Shown here piece after piece: positions 8,945 through 18,876 of a stretch of 46,017 bases of DNA. A model generated the notes under the pieces. That model did not search any database and was not told the DNA's origin. It saw only the letters and a program-made list of their open reading frames with translations. The stretch's first letter is position 1. Each line of letters opens with the position of its first letter. Where the stretch lies: the NCBI GenBank assembly GCA_003554445.1, contig PWGJ01000086.1:1-46017 (forward strand), given 5' to 3'. A program made the translations under genes and the position numbers. Source of the stretch: Candidatus Nealsonbacteria bacterium. Lineage in GTDB: Bacteria > Patescibacteriota > Minisyncoccia > Minisyncoccales > PWPS01.

Positions 8945-9944
8945 AATAAGTTGTCTTTAATTTTTTTCTTCTATCGTGTCTATCTACCGCCAACCGAATC
9001 AACTCCGTAACCAGATCGGAAAAATCAAGACCCGACTCCTCCCATAGTTTTGGGTACATGCTTATGTTGGTAAATCCGGGAATAGTATTGAGTTCATTTA
9101 CATATATTTTCTGATTCTCAACTAAAAAATCTACTCTGGCCATTCCCTCACACATATTTGCTTTAAATGCACGAACAGCTAATTTTTGAAGTCTTTTTTG
9201 CAGCTCTTTACTTATATCCGCAGGAACTAAGAGTTCAGTGTTACTGTTATCGCTATATTTTTCTTCATATGAATAAAAATCATCCGGTCTGATTTCTCCT
9301 ATGATTGACGCTTTGGGATTTAAGTTTCCAAGCACGGAACATTCCAGCTCCTTACCGTCTATGGCTCTCTCAACTATAATTTTTTCATCATATTCGAATG
9401 CTTTATCCGTTGCCTCCATAAGCTCCTCTCTATTTTTTGCTTTTGATACTCCCACCGATGAACCTAAATTTGCCGGCTTTACAAAAACGGGATAATCAAA
9501 TTTTTCTTCTACATCCTCAACGCTAACCTCGTCTTTAAAACTGATCCAATCAACTACCGGAATTTTTTTGCTTTTAAGTAAAATCTTGCTAACCTCCTTA
9601 TCCATTGCTATTGATGATCCTAAAACTCCGGGGCCAACAAACGGTATATCCATCATCCTGAAGAGTCCTTGAATAGTTCCGTCCTCCCCATTCGGGCCAT
9701 GCAAAACGGGGAAAGCCACATCTACGTTAAGCAACCCCTTTCCCGGTGAAAGATTTACCTCGGACCTACCCTCGGTTACCTGGTCGTTTGGAATTTTGTC
9801 ACATAAAAACCACTCGCCTTTTTTAGAAATACCGATTAATATGGGGTTAAATTGATCATCCAAAGCATCGAGGATGCTCCTTGCAGATCTTAAAGAAACT
9901 TCATGTTCTGCGGATTTGCCTCCGAAGATTATAGCTATATTCAT
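8943..9944 (-). CDS. ddl: D-alanine--D-alanine ligase
   Basis: Motifs FGGKSAEHEVS, FPVLHGPNGEDGTIQG, VKPANLGSSVG, ARVDF and NELNTIPGFT. Confidence 0.97.
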   Translation of the reverse strand: MNIAIIFGGKSAEHEVSLRSARSILDALDDQFNPILIGISKKGEWFLCDKIPNDQVTEGRSEVNLSPGKGLLNVDVAFPVLHGPNGEDGTIQGLFRMMDIPFVGPGVLGSSIAMDKEVSKILLKSKKIPVVDWISFKDEVSVEDVEEKFDYPVFVKPANLGSSVGVSKAKNREELMEATDKAFEYDEKIIVERAIDGKELECSVLGNLNPKASIIGEIRPDDFYSYEEKYSDNSNTELLVPADISKELQKRLQKLAVRAFKANMCEGMARVDFLVENQKIYVNELNTIPGFTNISMYPKLWEESGLDFSDLVTELIRLAVDRHDRRKKLKTTY

Positions 9945-9948
9945 ATCT

Positions 9949-10356
9949 TTATTTTAATTCTAAAACCCACAAACCGTGAATATTACAATACGCTCGAACC
10001 GATTTCACCTCTTTCCTGGTTTGGAAAATTACTTGCGGATCGGATTTTGGTGTTAAAAACTTTTTACCTGATTTTCCATCCACAGTATTAATCTCTATCC
10101 ATTCTATGAAATGATCCTCTTCCATCGGATGGTCAACCTCACCGACTTTCACTTTGAATCCATCCTTTCCATCACAGACTTTACCGGGAAGTTTTTCAAT
10201 TACCGGCACATGTTTTTCATTGCCCTTGTCTTTCTTTTTTGCTTCCATACGCTCCATCGGTTTTTGGCAACAAAAGAGCTCGCCAACCCCTTCATGAATT
10301 ACTTCCGTTATATTTTCACAAACTTGACACTTATATACTTCTTTTAATTTGATCAT
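9949..10356 (-). CDS. dfx: Desulfoferrodoxin (2Fe superoxide reductase)
   Basis: Desulforedoxin centre CQVC...CC; SOR ligands EKHVP, HPM, HFIEWI and CNIHGLW. Confidence 0.93.
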   Translation of the reverse strand: MIKLKEVYKCQVCENITEVIHEGVGELFCCQKPMERMEAKKKDKGNEKHVPVIEKLPGKVCDGKDGFKVKVGEVDHPMEEDHFIEWIEINTVDGKSGKKFLTPKSDPQVIFQTRKEVKSVRAYCNIHGLWVLELK

Positions 10357-10469
10357 ATTTTTAAGCTTTATTTTTTAATAATTTTAACATATTGGCTTTT
10401 TAAAAAAAGCCCAAATAAATATTCAACCTACAGCTGTCCCGATCTTGGTTGTAAAGTCTAAATTAAATT

Positions 10470-10949
10470 TTAATCCGCAACCTTTTCTTGATTATTTTTT
10501 AGTTTTTTAGCGAATTTTCTCGCTTCTTCTAAATCGGTTTTGTCCGGCCTGCCTTTGTTAACTCCTCCAAAAACTTTCAAGGGCCCGAAGCTGTCATAAC
10601 CCAAGCAGTCAAATTCATCAATTATTTGGAAGCCCTTTTCATTCAAAATTTTTCTAATATTTTTATGTCCCCGATTTAAAAATATATTTTGAGTCATTCC
10701 GGCAGTTGAGAATATAAAAGCTTTTTTATTTCTCACTTTTGGTAAACTGCTTACAAATTTAATCAAACCCTTGTGGAATTTAGCCATATAGATGCCGGAT
10801 CCGAAACCGACGAGATCAGCCTCCAAAACTTCTTCCTTACTTACTTCCGTAAAGGAAATCAACTTCCCTCCCAATTCCTTGTGAATCGTATCTGCAATTT
10901 TTTTTGTATTTCCATGATGGATTGAAGCGTATATTACTAAAATTTTCAT
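10470..10949 (-). CDS. Flavodoxin family protein
   Basis: Motifs YASIHHGNTKKIA, GFGSGIY, FIFSTAG and NKGRPD. Confidence 0.9.
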   Translation of the reverse strand: MKILVIYASIHHGNTKKIADTIHKELGGKLISFTEVSKEEVLEADLVGFGSGIYMAKFHKGLIKFVSSLPKVRNKKAFIFSTAGMTQNIFLNRGHKNIRKILNEKGFQIIDEFDCLGYDSFGPLKVFGGVNKGRPDKTDLEEARKFAKKLKNNQEKVAD

Positions 10950-11998
10950 CTGTTTTTACTCTTAACGAAAATTACTCTGACACCCAGAAGCCTAACCGGT
11001 CTTGCTTTTTGAGTCAGAAGATCAAGTAGAAGCTTGACTCCTTCTCCGTACACCAAATCCCGTGTCGGCTTTTTAGGTTTAAAGGAGATTTGTTTAGTGT
11101 AACTGTCAAATCCCTCGAATCTACAAACGGTAACTATGGTTTTTATATTTCTCTCTTCTTCTCTTGCTAAATCAACAACTTCTTTTGACAAGGACTTAAA
11201 TGTCGATATTATTACTTCGGGATCGGTCGTATTTTTATCGAAAGTGGTCTCTCTCCCCAATGATTTGGTTTCCGTTTTGGTTTTTACCCTCGAGTCATCT
11301 TTACCTCTTGCCTTTTTATAGATATCCGCTCCTCTTTTTCCAAAGTCATTAACAAGTTGATCCATTGAAAGTCTCTTTAAATCTTTTACTTTCAGATCGG
11401 ATTTTCCCAAAATATGCTCCAGTTCTTTTTCTGTTTTAGGTCCTATTCCGGGAATATCTCTCACACTTTTTTTGGATATGAATCCGATCGTTTCTCCGGG
11501 CCGTACTACGGTCAAACCGTCGGGTTTATCCTCTTCGGAAGCAATTTTGGCGATCATTTTATTTTTCCCGATCCCCACACTGGAAGTCAATTTCTCTTTC
11601 CTTAAAATCATTTCTTTTAAATCTCTTCCTATCTTTTCAGCCTGTGAATAATTTTTAGCTACTCTCGATAAATCCAAATAAGCCTCATCAAAAGAAACTC
11701 TTTCACATTTATCCGAGACCGTTTCCATTATTCTGAAAATACTCTCGGAAACTCGTGAATAAAGATTCTTGTTCACCGGTAAATATATCGCCTTCGGACA
11801 GAGTTTGTAAGCTTTTGATATCGCCATTCCGGAACTTATTCCGAATTTTCTCGCTTCATAATTAGCCGTAGAGACGACACCTCTCGCCTCACCTCCTTTC
11901 GGATCGGACCCGACCACCAACGGCTCCCCTTTAAATCGCGGATTTTCTCGCTCTTCAACCTGAGCAAAAAAATAATCCATGTCCAAGTGTAAAATCAT
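10946..11998 (-). CDS. dinB: DNA polymerase IV (Y family)
   Basis: Motifs LHLDMDYFFAQVE, VSTANYEARKFG, SFDEAYLD, KPDG, IPGIGPKT and VRLLGV. Confidence 0.95.
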   Translation of the reverse strand: MILHLDMDYFFAQVEERENPRFKGEPLVVGSDPKGGEARGVVSTANYEARKFGISSGMAISKAYKLCPKAIYLPVNKNLYSRVSESIFRIMETVSDKCERVSFDEAYLDLSRVAKNYSQAEKIGRDLKEMILRKEKLTSSVGIGKNKMIAKIASEEDKPDGLTVVRPGETIGFISKKSVRDIPGIGPKTEKELEHILGKSDLKVKDLKRLSMDQLVNDFGKRGADIYKKARGKDDSRVKTKTETKSLGRETTFDKNTTDPEVIISTFKSLSKEVVDLAREEERNIKTIVTVCRFEGFDSYTKQISFKPKKPTRDLVYGEGVKLLLDLLTQKARPVRLLGVRVIFVKSKNR

Positions 11999-12048
11999 AA
12001 ATTAAAAATCTATTGGTTGAGGATTTTCTTTTAGTAAAACTTCGGAAG

Positions 12049-12522
12049 TTAATTTAAAATCCAAATGAAATAATTTAAAGCGGTCGCCACCGATACCCAT
12101 CCGGTATACGGAATCAAAGCTATCGCCAACTTTTTTGAAACCGGCCAAAGAAACAGAATTAATAATATTATTGTCAGATTTAAAACAATAATTTGAATCA
12201 GAGCTACTCCGGTCAAATTAAGGGTGAAAAATAAGAGAGACCAGGTAGCGTTAAGAATCGCATTGACAGCAAAAAGAACTATTATTAATTTAAAGTGATC
12301 CGTTGATTTAAATTTATTCCAAAAAATTAAAACAACGGCAGTCACCAATGCATATAAAAATGTCCATATTGCACCTATAAGAGCACCCGGAGGAGTCCAT
12401 TCCGGTTTAACTAATTCATCATACCAACCATTTATTCCTTGCGAAGTAAAATAATTTCCAAAAATAGCAACGGCTATGGTGATAAGAGGAATCAGAAAAT
12501 AGTTTAATTTTATATTTTTCAT
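12049..12522 (-). CDS. tspO: TspO/MBR family tryptophan-rich sensory protein
   Basis: Motifs WYDELVKPEWTPP, IWTFLY, LNATWSLLFF and LIPYTGWVSVATALN. Confidence 0.92.
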   Translation of the reverse strand: MKNIKLNYFLIPLITIAVAIFGNYFTSQGINGWYDELVKPEWTPPGALIGAIWTFLYALVTAVVLIFWNKFKSTDHFKLIIVLFAVNAILNATWSLLFFTLNLTGVALIQIIVLNLTIILLILFLWPVSKKLAIALIPYTGWVSVATALNYFIWILN

Positions 12523-12526
12523 CTCT

Positions 12527-15500
12527 TTAATATTTTTTTAACAAATTATCTTCAAATTTACTTATTTCTTTTATCGACTTTTTATCATAGTCATCTTCTA
12601 CGGAAAAATTCAATTTTTTAATTCTCTTTCCAACTATTTCAATTAACTTTTTAACTTTTTCCACATCTTCCTTTTCAATATCGAGCGATAATCTGATAAT
12701 CTTTCCTTTTTTATTCGGCTCAATGAATTCGAGCCACCCTCGGCTAACGGTATAATCCGAAAAATCGGTAGAGTTTTCGATTAATAATTTATAAAAAATT
12801 AGTTGATTTTTGTACTTCCATGCTTTTATCTTGTTATAGTTTCCGGACGGATTCCAGCTTTCAATCGGCTTTCCGGTTTTGAAATCGGTTACTTCTATTT
12901 TGTTCTCTTTTCTTTCGATTTTATCGATTTTTCCGGTTAATCTTATACCGGAAACCAAAACACTTTGTTGTCTGAAGTTTTTTTCGATAATATGGTCGGA
13001 ATCAAAACTTTCCCGTCTTTCTTTATAAAACTTTTTCAAGCTGTCTTTTCCTTTTTTGAGATATTTATCAAAATCCCTCCCGGTTAATCGCTGCTTTTTT
13101 AAATAAATCTCATAAGTTTCCAAAATTTCTTCGATTTTCGGCAATTCTTCTTCCGATTTCAATTCATTGTAAATCCAGTTAAGAGTTTGATGAACAGCCG
13201 TGCCGTTGCAAGCACCCGGATGCTTTTTAGAAGGAAATCTCAGTAGCGTATCTTGTAAAAATGATTCCGGTCCTTCCTCGGTAACATTCAAATACTTATT
13301 GAACCCGGTAGAACTAAGCATGTAATCGGATGCCAGAGGTTTTAAAAGTTGCCTTTCAGTCGCATTGAAAGGTGGAGAGTAATAACTCTTTCTTGATGAT
13401 TCCAGTTGTTGATAACCGACATCAATTTCGGAATCCTCCAGATCAAAATGATCAATGAATTCTAATGATGAATAATCTCTACCATTTTCTTTTTTTCGAT
13501 GTGCTGTTATGGATAAAAAACTCTTGGCTCTGGTTAAGGCTACATAAAAAAGTCTTAAATAGTCATCTTTTGTTTCCGATGTTTTAAGAGGTATATTGGA
13601 TGGAAGAGGTAATCGATTTCCACCTCGCTTTTTTGCCCAAATCTCTTCTTGGCAATTTAAAACGAAGACCGCTTCAAACTCTCTACCCTTGGCACTGTGA
13701 GCGGTAATCAAAGAAACTGCATCGGAGTCCGTAATAAGAGGGCTGGTATCATTAATCGCTATCTTATTTTCAATATGCCTATCATAAAACTCCAAAAGAT
13801 CCGGAGCTTTTAAAACCTGTCCTTCTTTATAACTTTTTAAAGCAGAGGTAAATCTTTTCAATGCTGATAGGAATTCAAAATAAGCCGACGGATTCTCATT
13901 CAACGAATCTTTTCCGAAATAATGATTTTTTATGGGGCTACCCATTGCAATCTTTTTATTTCCTACCGTTAAATCAAGAATTTCTTCAGCTGTTTTGTAC
14001 TCTGATTTTTTAGATAACTCAACCAAAAAGTTACGAATACTTCTAAGTTGATTATCTCTCCCCATTTCTTCAAACCAAGAATTTCTTTTTTGATATGCTC
14101 TACGTGCCAATCTCCAAATTTTATCTCTATCTAAGTTCCAAAAAGGATAACTTAAAATTTCGGGAAGAAGTTCGTCGGCTTTATCATTGTCCCCCTCTAA
14201 GAGATAAACTGCAAATCGAATTATTTTAACAATTTGTCTAATAACTTCATTTTCAAGCACATTAACTTTTCTCTCGGCATAAATCGGAATTTCGAGGTCA
14301 GCAAAATAAGGAGCTGCTTCTTTTAAAATTTTATGTTTTCTGCCCATTACCGCTATTTCTTCCGGATTTATGCCGGATTCAATCAGTTCTTTTACTTTGT
14401 GAGACACATATGAATACTCCTCTTCTTTGGATTTAAAGCTTTTTGCTTCTATCTCTTCATCCATCTCCGGTCTGGCGGAAATCAAGTCTTTGTTGACTTC
14501 ATCTAATTTTTTTTCCAACCTTTCTTCACCTCTTGATATTATCTCCTTAGCGGAATCCAAGATTCTTTGTCCGGATCTGTAATTTTTTTTCAAAGTTACT
14601 ATTTCAATATCTTCATACAAATTCCTAAAATTCAAAATATTGGATATTTCAGCCCCCTGAAATCTGTAAATAGCTTGGTCATCATCACCAACTACACAAA
14701 TGTTAGGACGGTTGTGAGGTTCATCTTTGGTTAGATTTTCAAGAAGTCTCATCTGCACACCGCTTGTATCTTGAAACTCATCAATCATCATGTATAAATA
14801 TTTTTCTTGCAAATCATAACGAAGCGAATCATTACCCTCCAAAACCTTGGTTACATCCAAAATCATATCGGAAAAATCATAAAGTCCTCTTTCATACATT
14901 ATGTCTTCATATTTTCCATATACTCTTGCCAAACTTTTATGCTTTTCAAGATAGTGCTTATCCCTTAAAACTCTCTTTTTACCATCTCTTTTCGTCCACT
15001 TATTTTTCCACTCGGTTATTCCTCGAGTACCTTCTTTTTCCAACGCCCTTCTCAATGAAGCTGTTACCAATTTACTCAGTGGTTGATAATGTTTAAGAGG
15101 AAAATCAATGTCGACATTTTCAATTTCAGTTATAATATTTTCTATTTTCGGACGCATTGATTTGGAAACTCGATCACTAAAAACTTCACTTATCAGAGAA
15201 TTTATTTTTTGGATATCTTTTTGGTTTGCTTCTATCGATTTTTCTAATTCTTCCGGTGTAATTCCCGCTTTTTTTAATTCCGGAATTATCTTTTTTAGAG
15301 GTCTTAAATAGACATACCCTACACTTGGGTGTTTGCTTTCCAGCGGATCATCATAACTTAAATCTTTTAAAATCTCTTCTAAAATCTCGGTTTTGGTTAT
15401 CTCATCCGCAAGATCAAATTTTGCTCCCTTGTAAAAATGTTCCGGATTGGAATCTATTATCTCCTTACAAAAACTATGAAAAGTAAAAGTTGGAACTTTA

Positions 15501-15751
15501 TAACCTTCTTCGCCTATCATTTCAACTAATCGCTCTTTCATGTTGAGAGCCGCTGCATCGGTATAAGTAAGACAAAGCAAGCTACCGGCCGGAACATCCT
15601 TTTTTTTCAGTATGTTTGCCGCTCTGACGGACAAGAGCTCGGTTTTTCCCGACCCCGGACCGGCAACTATCATTAAAGGTCCGTCGATTTTATCGACAGC
15701 CCTTTTTTGCTCCTTATTTAATCTCTTGTAGCTTTTTTCAAAATTTTTCAT
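12527..15751 (-). CDS. UvrD-family helicase fused to a C-terminal RecB-like PD-(D/E)xK nuclease
   Basis: Helicase motifs AGPGSGKT, DEFQD, VGDDDQAIYRFQGA, NYRS, TAHSAKGREF and LFYVALTRAK; nuclease motifs GTAVH, GKIDKI, VTDFKTG and QLIFY. Confidence 0.93.
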   Translation of the reverse strand: MKNFEKSYKRLNKEQKRAVDKIDGPLMIVAGPGSGKTELLSVRAANILKKKDVPAGSLLCLTYTDAAALNMKERLVEMIGEEGYKVPTFTFHSFCKEIIDSNPEHFYKGAKFDLADEITKTEILEEILKDLSYDDPLESKHPSVGYVYLRPLKKIIPELKKAGITPEELEKSIEANQKDIQKINSLISEVFSDRVSKSMRPKIENIITEIENVDIDFPLKHYQPLSKLVTASLRRALEKEGTRGITEWKNKWTKRDGKKRVLRDKHYLEKHKSLARVYGKYEDIMYERGLYDFSDMILDVTKVLEGNDSLRYDLQEKYLYMMIDEFQDTSGVQMRLLENLTKDEPHNRPNICVVGDDDQAIYRFQGAEISNILNFRNLYEDIEIVTLKKNYRSGQRILDSAKEIISRGEERLEKKLDEVNKDLISARPEMDEEIEAKSFKSKEEEYSYVSHKVKELIESGINPEEIAVMGRKHKILKEAAPYFADLEIPIYAERKVNVLENEVIRQIVKIIRFAVYLLEGDNDKADELLPEILSYPFWNLDRDKIWRLARRAYQKRNSWFEEMGRDNQLRSIRNFLVELSKKSEYKTAEEILDLTVGNKKIAMGSPIKNHYFGKDSLNENPSAYFEFLSALKRFTSALKSYKEGQVLKAPDLLEFYDRHIENKIAINDTSPLITDSDAVSLITAHSAKGREFEAVFVLNCQEEIWAKKRGGNRLPLPSNIPLKTSETKDDYLRLFYVALTRAKSFLSITAHRKKENGRDYSSLEFIDHFDLEDSEIDVGYQQLESSRKSYYSPPFNATERQLLKPLASDYMLSSTGFNKYLNVTEEGPESFLQDTLLRFPSKKHPGACNGTAVHQTLNWIYNELKSEEELPKIEEILETYEIYLKKQRLTGRDFDKYLKKGKDSLKKFYKERRESFDSDHIIEKNFRQQSVLVSGIRLTGKIDKIERKENKIEVTDFKTGKPIESWNPSGNYNKIKAWKYKNQLIFYKLLIENSTDFSDYTVSRGWLEFIEPNKKGKIIRLSLDIEKEDVEKVKKLIEIVGKRIKKLNFSVEDDYDKKSIKEISKFEDNLLKKY

Positions 15752-16421
15752 CTATTTTTTCTCGCATTTTAATTACTTCTTCTTTAGAAAAAAGGAGGCC
15801 GGTTGCACCTTGACTCATAACGTATTTGCCTTCTTCTTGATGTCCAAGACCAAAAACATGGCCCAGCTCATGAGATAAAGTTCTGTAATCTCTTCCGGCT
15901 ATATAGTCCGGAATAATAACGATATTTTTGCCCGGATAAGCGATACCGTTCAACCCGCCCAAAGTCTTTACCAAAATTATATTTACACCATCTTGAGTAG
16001 TGTCAATCAATTCAAAATTACCTCTTAATAATTGACTGGCATCATCTCTTGTTAGATTCTTTTTTCTGATTTTTTTAATCTCCAAATCAATTCCGCCCTG
16101 CGACAAGATCATGGAGCTGTTTTCAATCATCGAAATTATATTTTCCGAGCTTCTCTCCGAACCGAAAACTTCATCTTTTACGACTGAGACATAAACCGGA
16201 ACTTCCACCCTCTCAACATTCACTATCTTTTCCATTTCCGAAACCGTTACATGAGTCGGAGTTTCTCTAAAAAAGAAATATTCGTGCAACCCGGAGAAGT
16301 AAACCATTAAAAAAACCAAAAGCAAAGCCAACACGGCCTTTATTACCTTAAAAATCAAATTCTCATCATCTTCTCCTTCGATTTCCCGATTTAAATCATC
16401 TTCTAGGTCTTGGAGTTCCAT
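15738..16421 (-). CDS. Membrane-anchored metzincin-type zinc metalloprotease
   Basis: TM helix near the N-terminus; HELGHVFGLGH (HExxHxxGxxH) followed by Met-turn YVM. Confidence 0.82.
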   Translation of the reverse strand: MELQDLEDDLNREIEGEDDENLIFKVIKAVLALLLVFLMVYFSGLHEYFFFRETPTHVTVSEMEKIVNVERVEVPVYVSVVKDEVFGSERSSENIISMIENSSMILSQGGIDLEIKKIRKKNLTRDDASQLLRGNFELIDTTQDGVNIILVKTLGGLNGIAYPGKNIVIIPDYIAGRDYRTLSHELGHVFGLGHQEEGKYVMSQGATGLLFSKEEVIKMREKIDEKF

Positions 16422-16422
16422 A

Positions 16423-16743
16423 TTAAAATTTTACCTCCCATTTCGGAGTAAATTTATTACCGGTCAGCTCGATCTTTCTTATTTTGCCCAATATAAAAGA
16501 ATGAGGCTCCTCATCTCCGGAACCCGTTGTGTATGCATTCAGGATATGTCCCGCTCTTATATGATCTTTATCAAAAACCAACGTCTCGCCACCGGGAGGA
16601 ATATCGGTGGTCAAGCTGTAAGGCTCAACCTCTCTCCAGCCTTCCTTGGTTTTTTCCGTTTCTGGATAATATATTCTAACAGTTTCATTATTTTTAGCCG
16701 CCTTTCCGAGAATTTTTAATATTTTTTTGAATTTCATTACCAT
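16423..16743 (-). CDS. Stand-alone WYL-domain protein
   Basis: VRIYY...WREVEPYSL...LNAY...HSFILGKIRKIEL matches the WYL pattern (R.VEPY.L ... R.F...RI); no HTH. Confidence 0.7.
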   Translation of the reverse strand: MVMKFKKILKILGKAAKNNETVRIYYPETEKTKEGWREVEPYSLTTDIPPGGETLVFDKDHIRAGHILNAYTTGSGDEEPHSFILGKIRKIELTGNKFTPKWEVKF

Positions 16744-16820
16744 TTTAATAATTATAGCAAAACTGCACCAAATAAAAAATCCTCACCGGTGGTGAGAATC
16801 AACTTTTTTTCTTGCATCTA

Positions 16821-17180
16821 TTATTGCCCGAATTCTTCTCTTATCACCAATCCCAGCTCTTGAAAAAAGCTTCTTATTATTTTCTTTTTTTGATTTAGAA
16901 AATCAAATGTGAATTTCGGCCAATTATCGGAACACTCTGCAGTAACAACATGACCCGAAACCGTAATTTCCAATTTTTTATATGCCCCTTTCGGTAAAAA
17001 ATGAAATTTGGACAAAGAATACCTCGGAACGGCTTGAACCGTCCATCTTCGAGTCTCCCCATCTTCATAACCTTCAACTTTCCACCCTTTTTCCTCACTC
17101 AATTTTTCAAGAGTTCTTTCAGTGGCTTGGTAGAGTTCATTGAAAAAAAACTCTTCAAATATTTCGGATTCTTTTACCAT
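16821..17180 (-). CDS. Hypothetical protein
   Basis: 119-aa ORF filling the gap after the hydrogenase; no recognised motif. Confidence 0.6.
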   Translation of the reverse strand: MVKESEIFEEFFFNELYQATERTLEKLSEEKGWKVEGYEDGETRRWTVQAVPRYSLSKFHFLPKGAYKKLEITVSGHVVTAECSDNWPKFTFDFLNQKKKIIRSFFQELGLVIREEFGQ

Positions 17181-17220
17181 AAATTAAACTTTCATTATTT
17201 ACTTAATTTAATCACAATAG

Positions 17221-18876
17221 CTAATTAGTGTCAATTTTTTCAATCGGACTTTTTTTTGTGTAAGTCGTGTAAAAGAGTTCTTTTTTGTCTTTAATCTTGT
17301 TATAGATTTTTTTAAACTCTTTATTCGCGTGAGTCGGTTGTACTTTTTTACTTTTAGCTTCCTCAATCAATCCTCTACGGCGTGACCTTCTTATCCTTTC
17401 ATTGGTTGGAACGGGTTGTCCTCCTCCTCCTATGCACCCACCTTCACAGCTCATAAATTCAATATAATCATATAAGTTGGGGTTTTCTTGTAATTTTTCA
17501 AATAAATGAACAGCTTCACTTAATCCGTTTATCTTTTTGGTTCTGATCTTTCTTCCATTCATTTCAAAAGAAAATTCTTCCCTGTTTTTAATATTTTCAT
17601 CCATCAATTCATTACCCGTTTTTAAATAATAAGCATGTCTGAGTGCGGCCTCCATAACACCCCCGCTCGCACCATAACTTATACTGTTACCGGAAGCGGC
17701 TCCGAATGGGTTATCAAACTCCCCTTCATCCAAGCTTAAAAAATCAATATTTTTATCTCTGAATAATCTTCCCACCTCTCTAACGGTAAGCACATGATCA
17801 ACCGGCCTTCCATGTCTTGTTTTTAATTCATCTCTGGTAATTTCATATTTTTTTGAAACACAAGGCATCACGGAAACGACGGTTACATTATCCGGGTTTT
17901 GAGAAAGTTCTTTGATTACGGCTCCCAATATTATATGAGGAGATCTGACGTTTGTTATTTTATCGATAAAATCAGGATAAAAGCATTCTACAAATCTGAC
18001 CCAAGAAGGACAACAAGAAGTCATTACCGGTAAATCATCCTCCGTCTGTTCCAAAAATTCCTTAGCCTCTTCATGAGTTGTGAAATCAGCACCGAAAGAA
18101 ACATCAAAAACCTTGTCGGCCCCAACTTTCCTAAGTCCGGATATCAATTTCCCTGTTGATACGGTTCCCAGGTCCAAACCGAATTCTTCACTTATTGAAA
18201 CTCTTGCAGCCGGTGCAATTTGAAAAACAATTTCTTTATCTTCACCACCCTCAAACGGTTTAAAAACACCTTGAAATTCACCGTCTGCTTCAAATGACCC
18301 CGCAGGACAATGGTTTATGCATTGACCACAATATACACACGCTTTTTCTTTTGAGGGAGTAACTTCAAAAAGATGTCCACGCCCCTCCATTTCTAAAAAA
18401 GAAACGGGGCAAACCTCCAGACAATTGCGACAATCTATACATTTTGAAGAATCAAAATCAACGATACCTCCGAAACTTAGTTCCGGATACTCCTCTTTCC
18501 TATCATCGAATTTATTTATTTCTACAAAATATCTTCTGGCTAAATACAATAATTTACAACCCGGATTCCAAACACAGTCATCACACTCTTCTTTGTGCTG
18601 GGAAAAGAGTAATTCTAAATTGGTTTTTCTTATTTTTTGGATTTCCGGATTATGAGTAATTACTTCCATGCCGTCATAAACTTCAGTTGCACACGCAGGA
18701 AGATAGTCTTTGCAACCTTTTACCTCTACGACACAAACCCTACAACTTCCTCTGACACAAACATCGGAATGACTACAAAGAGACGGAATTTCAATGTCTT
18801 CCCGGCGAGCAACTTCCAAAATCGTCTCCCCTTCTTTCACATTATCTATATTTTTTCCGTTTATCTTAATTATCAT
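17221..18876 (-). CDS. hydA: [FeFe]-hydrogenase catalytic subunit, group A
   Basis: H-cluster motifs TSCCPSW, MPCVSKKYE and EFMSCEGGCIGGGGQP; N-terminal [2Fe-2S] (LCSH..GSCRVC..LPAC), His-ligated cluster HKEECDDCVWNPGC and two CxxCxxCxxxCP motifs. Confidence 0.93.
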   Translation of the reverse strand: MIIKINGKNIDNVKEGETILEVARREDIEIPSLCSHSDVCVRGSCRVCVVEVKGCKDYLPACATEVYDGMEVITHNPEIQKIRKTNLELLFSQHKEECDDCVWNPGCKLLYLARRYFVEINKFDDRKEEYPELSFGGIVDFDSSKCIDCRNCLEVCPVSFLEMEGRGHLFEVTPSKEKACVYCGQCINHCPAGSFEADGEFQGVFKPFEGGEDKEIVFQIAPAARVSISEEFGLDLGTVSTGKLISGLRKVGADKVFDVSFGADFTTHEEAKEFLEQTEDDLPVMTSCCPSWVRFVECFYPDFIDKITNVRSPHIILGAVIKELSQNPDNVTVVSVMPCVSKKYEITRDELKTRHGRPVDHVLTVREVGRLFRDKNIDFLSLDEGEFDNPFGAASGNSISYGASGGVMEAALRHAYYLKTGNELMDENIKNREEFSFEMNGRKIRTKKINGLSEAVHLFEKLQENPNLYDYIEFMSCEGGCIGGGGQPVPTNERIRRSRRRGLIEEAKSKKVQPTHANKEFKKIYNKIKDKKELFYTTYTKKSPIEKIDTN

